Assembly: GCA_004524535.1 (NCBI GenBank)
Contig: SDNY01000032.1
Coordinates: forward strand, 1 to 32,463
Origin: Promethearchaeota archaeon
GTDB taxonomy: Archaea; Asgardarchaeota; Lokiarchaeia; Sigyniarchaeales; SOKP01
DNA: 32,463 bases
Direction: 5' to 3'
The notes beneath the pieces are model-generated. The model was not told the origin of the DNA. It ran no database searches and saw only the letters and a list, made by a program, of their open reading frames with translations. The position numbers and the translations under genes are program-made. This document shows positions 19,655 to 29,559 of this stretch, piece by piece (the first letter of the stretch is position 1; the number at the start of each line of letters is the position of its first letter).

Positions 19655-21370
19655 TTATTTTTTGGCAAACGGTTCAAGATCCAAATCCATAAACACGCCA
19701 TCGTTGGATTCGAGTGTTCCTAAAAAGTTCCATTCACCCTCATCTACATTTTGCCCACTTCCGTATTTTGAAGCCATATTATACAATCTCTTAAAGTTTT
19801 CGTAATGTAGCGCCACTCGATTTTCAGAGTAATCTCTTGCTGACCAAGTCGTTATTAAAAATTGCCAATCACTACTTTCCAAAAGTAATAGCTCTCGCAC
19901 CAATTGTTTTAATATTTTCGATAGATTCTCATCAGCCGAGTCTTTATATTTTGCAATTATCTCTTCACTTTTAGCTTCACACTCATAAATCTTCTCCCAC
20001 GTCCAAGTTGTCCATTCATTCAACCATACCCAATGACTAGAAGCCTGCCCCCACGAGCCTTCAATGATCTGTACAACTTTATTTGGCGGATTTTCTTCGA
20101 GATAAAGCCTGGTGTTAGTTAATTCTATCTCATCATCATCTTCTATCCATCTTAATACTCTCGCTAACCACCAATTTCCTTCAAACCACCAATGCCCAAA
20201 TAATTCACAATCATAAGGAGCAACAATAATTCCGTTGTTTCCAAAATTATTTTTATAATCTCTCAAGATATCCTTAACGAGATTAACATAATGACTTGCA
20301 TTTTCGTCAAGTTTTCCTGGAACATCCTCTGGCCAATACAACATTTTCGAACCCAAATCAATTTTAGGGCTAGTACACTTCCAATATCGTAAACCCCCAG
20401 GATAGTGCTTTTTATGAAAATCTAAATATTCAGCACAGCCAGGATAACCATGTTCACCTGACCATACAACAATCCCTGTCTTTTCATCCCTTGTAAAGAA
20501 TCCAACAGGGGCTGGGGTGGATGGATCTGTAGATACTAAATAGGCTTCATATTGTGATTTTTCAAAAGTAGTGGGAATTTCTTCATATTGCGATTCAAAT
20601 TGTTTCCATAATTCTGCAAGCAAAGGAAATCGCGCTGCATAAACACCTTGGGACTTTCCACCTAATAAAAGGGTAGTATCAACAAAAAAATATTTAAGAC
20701 CATTTTTAGCAACAAAATATTCAACACCAGGTCGTTCATACTCCTCGCCTGAAATAGGGTTTTTCCATCGATACCCAGGACGATACCCACATTCTGGAAG
20801 CCAAACTCCTGTAGGTGCCCTCCCAAAATGATGTTTATAATTATCAACTGCCGTTTTAAATTGAGCATCAATTGAAGTATCTTTGGATAATAACGGGCAA
20901 TATCCATGAGTAGCACCACATGTGATAATATCGATCAAATCCATATCTTGGAGTTTTTTAAAAGCACCAATGATATCTCTATTAAATCTATGAAGAAAAT
21001 CATCTCTTGTTCGTTCGAAGAATTCCTCCCACCATTTCGTAAGTCTAATCCTTCCTTCCTCGTATTTATTTTTCGTAAAATCGTCAAAATCATGGAGAGC
21101 AGCCCCTACTTTCTCGTCTAAGTAGTCGAGGAACCCATTAATGAAAGAGGGGTGTCTAAGCATTTCACATAATACTGGTGTGAGTCCAATAGTTAATTTA
21201 GGATGATAATCATCATCAATCAATTTATATAATTCTTGAAGCAGGGGGATATATGTCTCTGCAGCAGCTTCATTTACCCAACTAGTACCATGTGGCCAAA
21301 TACCGTGTCCCAAGACCCAGGGAAGGTGAGAATGTAATACAAGACAAAATGAGCCCAATATCTCTGGCAT
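19655..21370 (-). CDS. GH57 1,4-alpha-glucan branching enzyme
   Basis: VLHSHLP, ETYIPL, ATHGYCPL, WLPEC (nucleophile), PYDCELFGHWWFEG (acid/base) and ELLLLESSDWQF. Start likely the ATG at 21370 (MPEILG). Confidence 0.92.
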   Translation of the reverse strand: MPEILGSFCLVLHSHLPWVLGHGIWPHGTSWVNEAAAETYIPLLQELYKLIDDDYHPKLTIGLTPVLCEMLRHPSFINGFLDYLDEKVGAALHDFDDFTKNKYEEGRIRLTKWWEEFFERTRDDFLHRFNRDIIGAFKKLQDMDLIDIITCGATHGYCPLLSKDTSIDAQFKTAVDNYKHHFGRAPTGVWLPECGYRPGYRWKNPISGEEYERPGVEYFVAKNGLKYFFVDTTLLLGGKSQGVYAARFPLLAELWKQFESQYEEIPTTFEKSQYEAYLVSTDPSTPAPVGFFTRDEKTGIVVWSGEHGYPGCAEYLDFHKKHYPGGLRYWKCTSPKIDLGSKMLYWPEDVPGKLDENASHYVNLVKDILRDYKNNFGNNGIIVAPYDCELFGHWWFEGNWWLARVLRWIEDDDEIELTNTRLYLEENPPNKVVQIIEGSWGQASSHWVWLNEWTTWTWEKIYECEAKSEEIIAKYKDSADENLSKILKQLVRELLLLESSDWQFLITTWSARDYSENRVALHYENFKRLYNMASKYGSGQNVDEGEWNFLGTLESNDGVFMDLDLEPFAKK

Positions 21371-21606
21371 AAAAACAAAAATACGTAATTTCTTAATAAT
21401 TTTGCCACATGCCAAAAATCTCTAGAAAAAACACAATTAATCGATTTAACTAATTCAAAATTGGATTTTTCATTAAACATTTGATTTCTTAAATACAGGG
21501 AAATTTTCTTTTTTTTTTAAAATAGAAAAATTTAAGAACTTAAACTATATGAAATTAGTAATACTTTCCAATTGAAATTGAAAAGAAAATATAAATATTT
21601 GATTAA

Positions 21607-22989
21607 ATGGTTGAAAATCTTAAAGAACTTACAAAGGACGGACGTATCATCGGAAGAGCTAATTATGTATTCACGCCAGAGATAGCAAGCAGCATCGGTT
21701 CAATTCATGGTAGTTTATTTAAGCAAAACGAATCTGTAGTCATGGGGAGGGATTATCATAACGATTCTCGAATGCTTAAGCGAGGATATACGTCAGGTTG
21801 CATGAGTACTGGAGTAAATCTGTTAAATTTATCAGATTGTGCATATCCTTTATTACAATTCACAATTAGAAGATTTGGAGCGAGTGGCGGTGCTTATTTT
21901 TCGGCAGGACATTTATATAGTGAAGATGTTGGAGTAAGATTTGTTGATGCTGGGGGAATTGAATTATCTTCTTTAGAAATTCAAAAAATAATTAATGCTT
22001 ATAATAATTACCCCGAACAAATACGTAGAGTAGATCCAAATGAAATAGGTCAAATAACCTCAATCCCTCAGACTAAAGAAATTTATATTAAATCTTTACA
22101 GCAATTTGTTAACAAGAAAAGAATACGAAATGAGGATCTTAAGATTGTAGTTGATTGTTCTTATGGTCCTAGCGGGAAGATTACGCCATTGTTATTAAAT
22201 GAGATTGGGGTAGAGGTTATTGCATTAAATACACATTATCGTCAGAGATCGAGTAATCCAGTTCCTAACATTCATACTATTAGAAACTGTGCAGATATAG
22301 TGAAAGCATCCAACAGTCATCTTGGTGTATGTTTTGATGTCGATGGTTCCAGAATTCTAGTATTAGACGAAAGTGGATTAGAAATAAATTTTGAAGATTT
22401 ACTAATGCTATTTATATCCTACGACGAAAGAATAACAAAATCTAAATCAAATACCATTATAACTACTCCTACAATTTCTTCAACCGCAAAAGAATTTATC
22501 AAAGAATCTGGATATCCATTAAAGGAAGTTCAAAATGATCCTGGAGAGATTTCAAGGCAAATTAGAGAAGAACGGGCGTGTTTTGCCGCAGCGGATACAT
22601 TAAAATTTTATTTTCCAGAATATGCTCCATTTAGCGATGGAAACTTCATTCTCTTAAAGCTGCTTGAAATTATGACGATTCAGGAGGATTTATTAAGTTC
22701 ATTAACTAGAGGGTTCCCTAAAGGGATAAAGATTAATAAATCAATTACAGTCTCTCAAGATATAATTGAAAATTTTCACAATCAATTAAGAAAGGTTGTT
22801 GAGGAAAATGGTTTTAAATATCATGACATCATAAATGAGTTAAAGATTATTGATAAGGAGCAAAAAATTTTTACTCAGGTAAAGATTTCTTTATACAGAA
22901 ATGCGATACTTCTTTCTGCAGAATCTGATGACGTTAACGCAGCAAAAACTATGATAACCGAGCTTGAGGAAATTATTACTAATTTATAA
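21607..22989 (+). CDS. Phosphomannomutase/phosphoglucomutase-superfamily protein with degenerate active site
   Basis: GRANYVFTPE, VVMGRD..SRMLKR and VVDCSYG are present. FSAGH replaces TASHN and FDVDGSR replaces DxDxDR. Confidence 0.8.
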   Translation: MVENLKELTKDGRIIGRANYVFTPEIASSIGSIHGSLFKQNESVVMGRDYHNDSRMLKRGYTSGCMSTGVNLLNLSDCAYPLLQFTIRRFGASGGAYFSAGHLYSEDVGVRFVDAGGIELSSLEIQKIINAYNNYPEQIRRVDPNEIGQITSIPQTKEIYIKSLQQFVNKKRIRNEDLKIVVDCSYGPSGKITPLLLNEIGVEVIALNTHYRQRSSNPVPNIHTIRNCADIVKASNSHLGVCFDVDGSRILVLDESGLEINFEDLLMLFISYDERITKSKSNTIITTPTISSTAKEFIKESGYPLKEVQNDPGEISRQIREERACFAAADTLKFYFPEYAPFSDGNFILLKLLEIMTIQEDLLSSLTRGFPKGIKINKSITVSQDIIENFHNQLRKVVEENGFKYHDIINELKIIDKEQKIFTQVKISLYRNAILLSAESDDVNAAKTMITELEEIITNL

Positions 22990-23119
22990 ATCAATTGTTA
23001 TAAAAAATATTCCTATTTTTTTAAATTCCTTTATAGAAGAATTAAAAGTTTAAAAATATGTGAGATTTAATAATAATAATATAAACTATATTAAATTAAA
23101 AAATAAAAAGATGTGAATT

Positions 23120-23821
23120 ATGGCATTAGATGCAGCTGGAATGATCTTATTAGTATCATTTTTTATAATATGGGGAGTCTTCCTGGCATGGGATTTCTTT
23201 CGTAGAATTTCATGAATCTCTCATGAAGTACGCAAAGGAGAAAAATATGGCTTCCTAGCTTACATATTGGCTGTAATTCCAGTTAATATGTTATGGGGCT
23301 ACGGTTTTAATATTTTAGGGGTTTATATTGTCCTTTTTGTATTATGGATAATTTGTCTTTTTCGTGATTTAATATTAGTATATGGCAAAACAAAAGAATA
23401 TGATGATATTTTGCTATTTTTAGGAATTGCAATTCTAGTTCAAGTAATTTTAACAGGAATATTGCCATATATGAATGAGCAAATGCAAAGTAATTGTGTG
23501 GCAGCCTGGGTCTTTTGGTTTCCTGATGTTTATAATCCAAATACAAATGCTATAAAAAGTTGGGTTAATGCTAACTATCTATTAGGATTTAGAGTAGCAG
23601 CAACAGGCATGGTAATATTAGCTATTTTACCAATGATCTTAGATTTATACTACACGGAAGAACATGTTAATCTTTTAGCAATAATTTTTATCGATTGTAT
23701 TTTTGTGGCCCCTTTTCTCTGGCTGGCATACGTTTGGATGGGAGGCATCGGTTGGCCATTGACTTTCTTGTTTGCGGTGCTTTTATTTATAGTTTTATTA
23801 CTATTAACAAGGGAGAGATAA
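23120..23821 (+). CDS. Multi-pass membrane protein interrupted by a 30-nt insertion; predicted join(23120..23205,23236..23821), 223 aa
   Basis: ATG at 23120 gives MALDAAGMILLVSFFIIWGVFLAWDFFRR (one TM helix), in frame with the hydrophobic ORF 23267..23821. The two are separated only by a TGA at 23213..23215 inside a hairpin. Confidence 0.75.
23206..23235 (+). other. Putative 30-nt relaxed BHB/BHL mRNA intron
   Basis: UCGU AG^A AUUUCAUGA AUCUC UCAUGAAGU ACGC AA^A GGAG: 9-bp stem, 5-nt loop, central helix with 3 of 4 pairs. Removal gives F F R R G E K Y G. Confidence 0.62.
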
Positions 23822-23942
23822 TTAAATATCTTTTTTTTTATTTTTTTTTTGGTTTGTTATTAAATTTTTTATGCTTATTTTTATATATAATTATAGGTTA
23901 AAGAGTGATAATCTATATTTTAATTAAAAAAGAGATTGTATA

Positions 23943-24938
23943 ATGGCAAAAAAAAAAGGTCAATTAGATACGGATGATAAGAGCAAGGAGTCAAATCTTA
24001 ATAAAACATACTCTTTAAAAGATTTACCGGGAGTAGGAGAAGCGACTTTAAAAAAATTAAAAGAGGCTGGAATTACATCTATTAGATCCCTTGCGATGGT
24101 TCCCAAACAATCATTAATGGATGATGCATCTATTGGCGAAAAGACAACTGAGAAATTAATTAAACTTGCCCAAGATATTGAAAAAATGGGATTTAAATCT
24201 GCGAGTGAAATTTGGGAAAAAAGAAAAGTATTGAAAAAATTGACTACGGGAAGTCAAAATTTGGACGAATTATTGGCTGGGGGTATAGAAACAGGGGCGG
24301 TAACAGAGGTTTTTGGGGAATATAGAACAGGTAAAACTCAACTTGCACATCAGATTTGTGTTAATGTACAACTGAAAGAAGAGGAAGGAGGGCTTGAAGG
24401 TAGCGCTCTATATATCGATAGTGAAGGAACTTTTAGACCTGAAAGAATAATTCAAATGGCAGAAGCAAGGGATTTGGATTATAATAAAGTATTAAAAAAT
24501 ATTACAATTGGGCGAGCTTACAATAGTGACCACCAGATTCTCTTAATAAAGGATGCTCCAAAAGTCATAGAAGAAAAAAATATTAAAGTAATTATAGTTG
24601 ATTCGCTAATTAGTCATTTTCGCGCCGAATATATTGGAAGGGGTACACTCGCCTCTAGACAGCAAATATTAAATAGCCATATTCATGATTTATTAAGATT
24701 AACCGAAACTTTTGAATTAGCCGCCGTTTTTACAAATCAAGTCTCATCTAGACCAGATGTATTTTATGGGAATCCTATAATCCATACTGGAGGTCATATA
24801 GTCGCCCATGGTGCTACAATTAGAATTTATTTGAGAAAAGGAAAAGGAGAGCAGAGAGTTGCTAAAGTTGTTGATGCTCCTCATTTGCCGGAAGAAGATG
24901 CTGTTTTTTCTATAACAGAAGATGGGATAACAGATTAA
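23943..24938 (+). CDS. radA: DNA repair and recombination protein RadA
   Basis: N-terminal HhH (LPGVGEAT), FKSA polymerisation motif, Walker [22 protein letters not shown], Walker B IIVDS and GGHIVAH. No intein. Confidence 0.97.
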   Translation: MAKKKGQLDTDDKSKESNLNKTYSLKDLPGVGEATLKKLKEAGITSIRSLAMVPKQSLMDDASIGEKTTEKLIKLAQDIEKMGFKSASEIWEKRKVLKKLTTGSQNLDELLAGGIETGAVTEVFGEYRTGKTQLAHQICVNVQLKEEEGGLEGSALYIDSEGTFRPERIIQMAEARDLDYNKVLKNITIGRAYNSDHQILLIKDAPKVIEEKNIKVIIVDSLISHFRAEYIGRGTLASRQQILNSHIHDLLRLTETFELAAVFTNQVSSRPDVFYGNPIIHTGGHIVAHGATIRIYLRKGKGEQRVAKVVDAPHLPEEDAVFSITEDGITD

Positions 24939-24949
24939 AAATTAAGTTA

Positions 24950-25501
24950 TTATGTGTCCACTGCGATATAATCCCACTCTTCATTCTCTTTAATTACCCA
25001 TTCTAATGCATAATGCCACTCATAAATAATAGAAGGATGATAGCCAGCTGGGAGTTCCTTATCATTAATTTGAGCATCTCTTAATTCCCAGTTGATTTTA
25101 TAAACACGTTCAAACATATCTCGAATCTCCTCTGGATCTCTTAACTGAACATTATCTGAATCAATTTTTGAATAAAAATCATCAGCTTTTAATAACTCTT
25201 TGATCTTATCTAAATTAGTTTCATCTTTAGGAAGCTCCGAGAAATTAAAATAATTCAAAGCCCATAACAAAATATACACTGCTTCTGCTCGCCAACCTAA
25301 TTGCAGAGCAATAAATCGTGAGTCCTCTTCCGGACTGAGAAGAAAGTTTTTTTCATTTTCAGAAACTTCAGACCAAAGGCCCTTATCTTTGAAAATTTTT
25401 ATAACTTCTTCTTTTTTTCTTCCAGTTGCAGATTGGAATACTCCAATTAAAGTCTTTACTCTTCGGGCAACTTCTTGGGGGTTTCTTATATTGAATCTCA
25501 A
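24950..25501 (-). CDS. DUF4272-like protein
   Basis: VSENEKNFL, GWRAEAVYILLWAL, LRDPEEI and EWHYALEWV..EWD match the DUF4272 pattern. Confidence 0.75.
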   Translation of the reverse strand: MRFNIRNPQEVARRVKTLIGVFQSATGRKKEEVIKIFKDKGLWSEVSENEKNFLLSPEEDSRFIALQLGWRAEAVYILLWALNYFNFSELPKDETNLDKIKELLKADDFYSKIDSDNVQLRDPEEIRDMFERVYKINWELRDAQINDKELPAGYHPSIIYEWHYALEWVIKENEEWDYIAVDT

Positions 25502-25636
25502 CTCATTTTTTTTAGGAATTTTCTTAATAAATTCAAAAAATTTTTAGTATTTTTACTTAAGGATTATATTATATTAATTAATCTTTTAGATTTTTCTTAA
25601 TTAGTTCTTATTAAGATAGAGAGAGAGTAGATAATC

Positions 25637-26356
25637 TTGGTAAAATTGACAATTCTTATTGATGATATTGATGATTCAGAAGTCGGGTATAAAAAATCAT
25701 TTGGTTTTGCCGCGCTGATTGAAAAAGATAACAAGAAGATATTGTTTGATACGGGAACATATTCAGAGCCATTATTAGCAAATCTGAGAACACACGGCAT
25801 TTCTCCATCTTCTTTGGATGCAATCATTTTATCACATAATCATAATGATCATACTGATGGACTTCCAGGTATTTTGAAAGAGAATAATGATATCCCGACA
25901 TATGTGAATAAAGATTGGGATGTTCCAGTAAGTTTTCAAGGTAAACGAATTCCTAAGAGGAATTTAGTCGTAAATAATGAAGCTCGTGAACGTAAAGATA
26001 TAGCATCCGGAATTTATTTGACTAATTCTCATTATTCTTCTGATTATGGACGGATATATGAGCATGCCTGCTATATTGATACTGGAAACTCTTATATATT
26101 AATATGTGGGTGTTGTCATCCGGGATTAACAATATTTTTACAAGACCGAACTCAACTTGGTATTCCCTTAGATTTCGATTTACATCTAATTGGGGGGATG
26201 CATGGGTTTAGGTTTTCTGACAGTGAAGCTGAAGAATTGGATTCAATAGTGAAATCAGTCATCTTATGTCATTGTACATCTTATGCAAGCGATTATAGAA
26301 GACAATTTGGAAAAAGATGTACTCTAGGGATAGTCGGTCATACTTTAAAATTTTAA
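25637..26356 (+). CDS. MBL-fold metallo-hydrolase
   Basis: ILFDTG, LSHNHNDHTDG (HxHxDH), GCCHPG, IGGMH and CHCT. Confidence 0.9.
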   Translation: MVKLTILIDDIDDSEVGYKKSFGFAALIEKDNKKILFDTGTYSEPLLANLRTHGISPSSLDAIILSHNHNDHTDGLPGILKENNDIPTYVNKDWDVPVSFQGKRIPKRNLVVNNEARERKDIASGIYLTNSHYSSDYGRIYEHACYIDTGNSYILICGCCHPGLTIFLQDRTQLGIPLDFDLHLIGGMHGFRFSDSEAEELDSIVKSVILCHCTSYASDYRRQFGKRCTLGIVGHTLKF

Positions 26357-26454
26357 TAGTTTTCCATGACACACTTTAGAAAAATATGGATATTATACTT
26401 TGACATCCACACATATTTTAATTCCTTCTATGATAGATACAGTAATTATGCAAG

Positions 26455-26916
26455 TTATTTTGCTATTTGTAAATTTATTTCAATAGCAGGAGCTTCTCTA
26501 TTTTTTGAACAACTCTGCTTAAAGAAATTGATACAATTTTTAATCTCCAATATTCGTTCCGCTTTAATCTTCTTCGGATCAAATTTTAGCGTTATTGAAT
26601 TAATTCTCCAAATTCCCATAGAATCCTTTTCTACATGAAATTCTGCTTCCTTATATACATCTGATACTTTAAAATCGTCGTTTTTAACACATATAGATAA
26701 ACCATAGTCAAGACAGTTTAAAATAGAGGATGTTAATAATCTTGAATAAGGATCTTCGGAAATCAAATCCTCCTCTGATTTACCAGCTTTTTCCACAATA
26801 CAATCTTTTAATTTATTTTCCGATAAATCACAACTAAACCTAATTTCCTCTTTACCTAACCTTGAGTCAATTAATTCTTTTAATTCTTCATACATCGCAT
26901 TTAATCTATCGATCAT
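26455..26916 (-). CDS. OsmC-like protein (divergent)
   Basis: PYSRLLTSSILNCL..WRINSITL..NCINFFKQSC retains the two-cysteine spacing typical of the OsmC/Ohr fold. Confidence 0.55.
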   Translation of the reverse strand: MIDRLNAMYEELKELIDSRLGKEEIRFSCDLSENKLKDCIVEKAGKSEEDLISEDPYSRLLTSSILNCLDYGLSICVKNDDFKVSDVYKEAEFHVEKDSMGIWRINSITLKFDPKKIKAERILEIKNCINFFKQSCSKNREAPAIEINLQIAK

Positions 26917-27024
26917 TCTAATGTTTTTCTCGTTTTATATATCTAATTAACAGATCTATTAGCTTTTTTTTAAAGTTTAATGAAATATTTTATAAATTTC
27001 ATATTCACCTCAATTCTCATTCTA

Positions 27025-27615
27025 TCAGCTCGATTCAATTTTTTTCAAATGAAAGTGGCGTGATAGATGAAAATATAAACCTAAAAAATATAATAGAGTA
27101 ATAAGTATATATTCAAATGCGAGAAGAAGAATCAATATCATCATTAGTATAAATAAAAGTATTTCAATTGTAACGCTTATTTTACTTTTATAATATTTAA
27201 AATCAAAAAAACTCGCTGGACTTTTATATTGATCTAAATATTGGGGCAATTTTTCCTCCTCTTCTTTAGATATAAAAAATCTTGGACCGAATGTTTTTTT
27301 TGGAAAATATAAAACATTTGTACCCCAATCAAATAAATCAACAAAAATATGTATAAAATATGAAAAGCCACTGATTATTAATGCAGGCCAATAAAATATT
27401 ATTCCAAATACAAATATAATGATGCTTGGTATTATAGAATGAGTAATCAAATTTCTATGATTGTGATCTTTTGCATATTTGGAAAAAAAAACGTCAAAAT
27501 CACTTATAACAGAAGCTAAAACAATCATAATAAATTCAAACAAGGAAAAGCAGAAATAATAATGAAAGACAGACGCAATTATAACCCCAATTGCGAAATG
27601 ACTATTAATATGGAT
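27025..27615 (-). CDS. Membrane-bound metal-dependent hydrolase (YdjM-like); probable ATC start
   Basis: The frame extends 24 codons beyond the ORF-track start to (M)HINSHFAIGVIIAS, restoring the N-terminal His. It also has SDFD, HRNLITHS and HIFVD. AGGTGA lies 7 nt upstream of the ATC. Confidence 0.8.
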   Translation of the reverse strand: MHINSHFAIGVIIASVFHYYFCFSLFEFIMIVLASVISDFDVFFSKYAKDHNHRNLITHSIIPSIIIFVFGIIFYWPALIISGFSYFIHIFVDLFDWGTNVLYFPKKTFGPRFFISKEEEEKLPQYLDQYKSPASFFDFKYYKSKISVTIEILLFILMMILILLLAFEYILITLLYFLGLYFHLSRHFHLKKIESS

Positions 27616-27631
27616 AAGATATTCACCTTAA

Positions 27632-28609
27632 TTATAAAATATAATTTTTACTTTTTACTCTCTCTAAAACCTTTTCTTTTATTTCAAATCCTGCTGGACC
27701 AGTCTTTTCGACATTAAAAGAAGCAGCAGAGGATGCTAAATAAGCTGCTTTTTCAATAGATTGCCATGTTTTATCAGACTTTATAAATTCATATAAAAAT
27801 ATGGCAAAATAAACATCGCCCGCGCCAGTTTCGTCAACGACACCCCGAGATTTGAAAGCCGGTATCTTTAATATCTTTTTTCCTTTTTTAACAATTAACG
27901 ACCCAGCTTCTCCCAAGGTCATTATAAATATTCCTTTTAATTCCATGAAGTTAAAATATTCCATAGCTTCATATATATCATCTTTTTGAGACAATATCTT
28001 CATTTCTTCTTCGGAACCTTTTAAAATCAGTTTATCTCCGATTAAATTTACTATTTTTTCAATATTTGAGAGAATTTTTTCATCCCTTATGATAGAAACA
28101 TGACCATCTTCAATATTTCTAATAAACCCTTGAAGTTCTACGGCGATATAAGCATTTGGGAAATAATTTAAAATATCAGTAATGTACTCGTAAGAAATTT
28201 CATTACATAATGGTGCTAAAACAATTACATCTGGAGGGTTATTAAGATAGTCCTCAGGAATATCCTTAATTTCAAGATTAGGACTCTTTGATTTAAGGGT
28301 TAAAGTTCTTGAATGATTAAAATAATTTAAGATAAAATTAGTATTATTTTCTTCAGACCATTTTAATCCTTTTAAATCAATATCTTTATTTTTAATTAAT
28401 TTTAACAGACTTTTATCGAAATTTAAGCTACCTAAATTGGAAATAATTTTGATTTTAATATCATTCGTATAGAAAGAGAGAGATAAAGAGCCAAAAGAAA
28501 CGCTTCCCCCCAGAGAGGGTTTGTGTTTTTTTTGAAATCTTATAATAGTATCAATTGCGATGTGTCCAATAAAAAATATTGAGGGACGATTTCTTATATT
28601 ATTCCTCAT
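27632..28609 (-). CDS. PfkB-family carbohydrate kinase
   Basis: IGHIAID, LGGS, TLGEAGS and VDETGAGDVY. Confidence 0.92.
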   Translation of the reverse strand: MRNNIRNRPSIFFIGHIAIDTIIRFQKKHKPSLGGSVSFGSLSLSFYTNDIKIKIISNLGSLNFDKSLLKLIKNKDIDLKGLKWSEENNTNFILNYFNHSRTLTLKSKSPNLEIKDIPEDYLNNPPDVIVLAPLCNEISYEYITDILNYFPNAYIAVELQGFIRNIEDGHVSIIRDEKILSNIEKIVNLIGDKLILKGSEEEMKILSQKDDIYEAMEYFNFMELKGIFIMTLGEAGSLIVKKGKKILKIPAFKSRGVVDETGAGDVYFAIFLYEFIKSDKTWQSIEKAAYLASSAASFNVEKTGPAGFEIKEKVLERVKSKNYIL

Positions 28610-29461
28610 TTATTTTTTCTGTAATTCTTCAATTTTTTTATTCTTTTCCTTTAATGCTAGTTTTAACTTATTAATTTTACCTTGTAAGTCATCGATTAAT
28701 CCGGACATAGGACCGCCGCTAGGTGTTGACGCTTCGTCTGCCTTAGAAATTTTCAACTCATTTATCATTTTATCCTTTTCTTTCAATTGCTCCTGAAGTT
28801 CTTCTATTTTACTTTCGGATGCCTGTCCTTCGGTAGCTGCTGCAGGTTTTTCTTGGAGTTCTTCCTTCAATTTTGAGATTTCGTTATTAAGCATCTCGTT
28901 TTCTTTCTTTAATTCCTTAATTTCCTCAGACATTCCTGAAGTATCACCTGATTGGGTCTGTTTAAGTGTTTCATTCTCTTTTTTTAATTTTGCTACAGCT
29001 TTCTTATATTTATTTATTTTGCCTTGTAATTCATCGACTAATCCGGACATAGGACCGCCGCTAGGTGGTGATGCTTCTTGTGTTACAGGTTCTTCAACAG
29101 GTGTTACAGAATCAGCCGAAGGTTTTTCTTTCATTTCTACTAATTCTTTATTTAACGAAACATTTTCTTCGGTTAAGTTGGTAATTTTAGCTTGAAGATC
29201 ATTTTTATCATTTTCTAAATCTGAAATTTTATTTGTTAAATCTTTCTTTAAATCATCCTTCTCTCCCATAGTTTGTTCAAGGGTTTTTTCTAAACCTTGA
29301 AGCACTTCATCTCTTTTTTCTATTTTCTCTTTCAATTCCTCATTTTGTTTTTCTAGTGCTTCAATTTTTTCTAGTGTATCGCCGATTATTGAAGGTGATT
29401 TACCATCTGATTTCATCTTTTTCAACTTACTTATAAAATCTTCCTTTGACATTTTTCTCAA
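28610..29461 (-). CDS. Coiled-coil protein with a duplicated C-terminal module
   Basis: Heptad-rich; PSGGPMSGL(V/I)D(E/D)LQGKINK occurs twice. Confidence 0.75.
   Translation of the reverse strand: MRKMSKEDFISKLKKMKSDGKSPSIIGDTLEKIEALEKQNEELKEKIEKRDEVLQGLEKTLEQTMGEKDDLKKDLTNKISDLENDKNDLQAKITNLTEENVSLNKELVEMKEKPSADSVTPVEEPVTQEASPPSGGPMSGLVDELQGKINKYKKAVAKLKKENETLKQTQSGDTSGMSEEIKELKKENEMLNNEISKLKEELQEKPAAATEGQASESKIEELQEQLKEKDKMINELKISKADEASTPSGGPMSGLIDDLQGKINKLKLALKEKNKKIEELQKK
28697..29067. repeat. Intragenic direct repeat with an identical 29-nt core
   Basis: TAATCCGGACATAGGACCGCCGCTAGGTG at 28697..28725 and 29039..29067. Confidence 0.9.
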
Positions 29462-29559
29462 TTAATTTATTTTTTAGAATTCATTTACTAATACTTATAA
29501 TTCCAGAACATTTCTCAATTAATATATTTTTTCAGAATCCATTTACTTATAATTTCGGA

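Noticed and set aside
23213-23215. In-frame TGA as selenocysteine
   Set aside because: No SECIS-like structure is visible in the T-rich 3' region (23822..23942), the context is not a redox motif, and the analogous cdhA stop is TAA, which cannot encode Sec.
23943-24938. Intein or intron in radA
   Set aside because: Normal length (331 aa) with continuous motifs.
26970-27011. GAGGTGA followed by a tiny ORF (MKFIKYFIKL) on the minus strand
   Set aside because: The SD-to-ATG spacing is only 2 nt and the ORF is 10 codons of AT-rich sequence, so it is unsupported.
1642-28796. Other short overlapping ORFs in the track (e.g. 1642, 3200, 4669, 6019, 6960, 8544, 8720, 12849, 14795, 16378, 18055, 20662, 20906, 21274, 23307, 23695, 25597, 26366, 28560)
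   Set aside because: All overlap better-supported genes and lack motifs.
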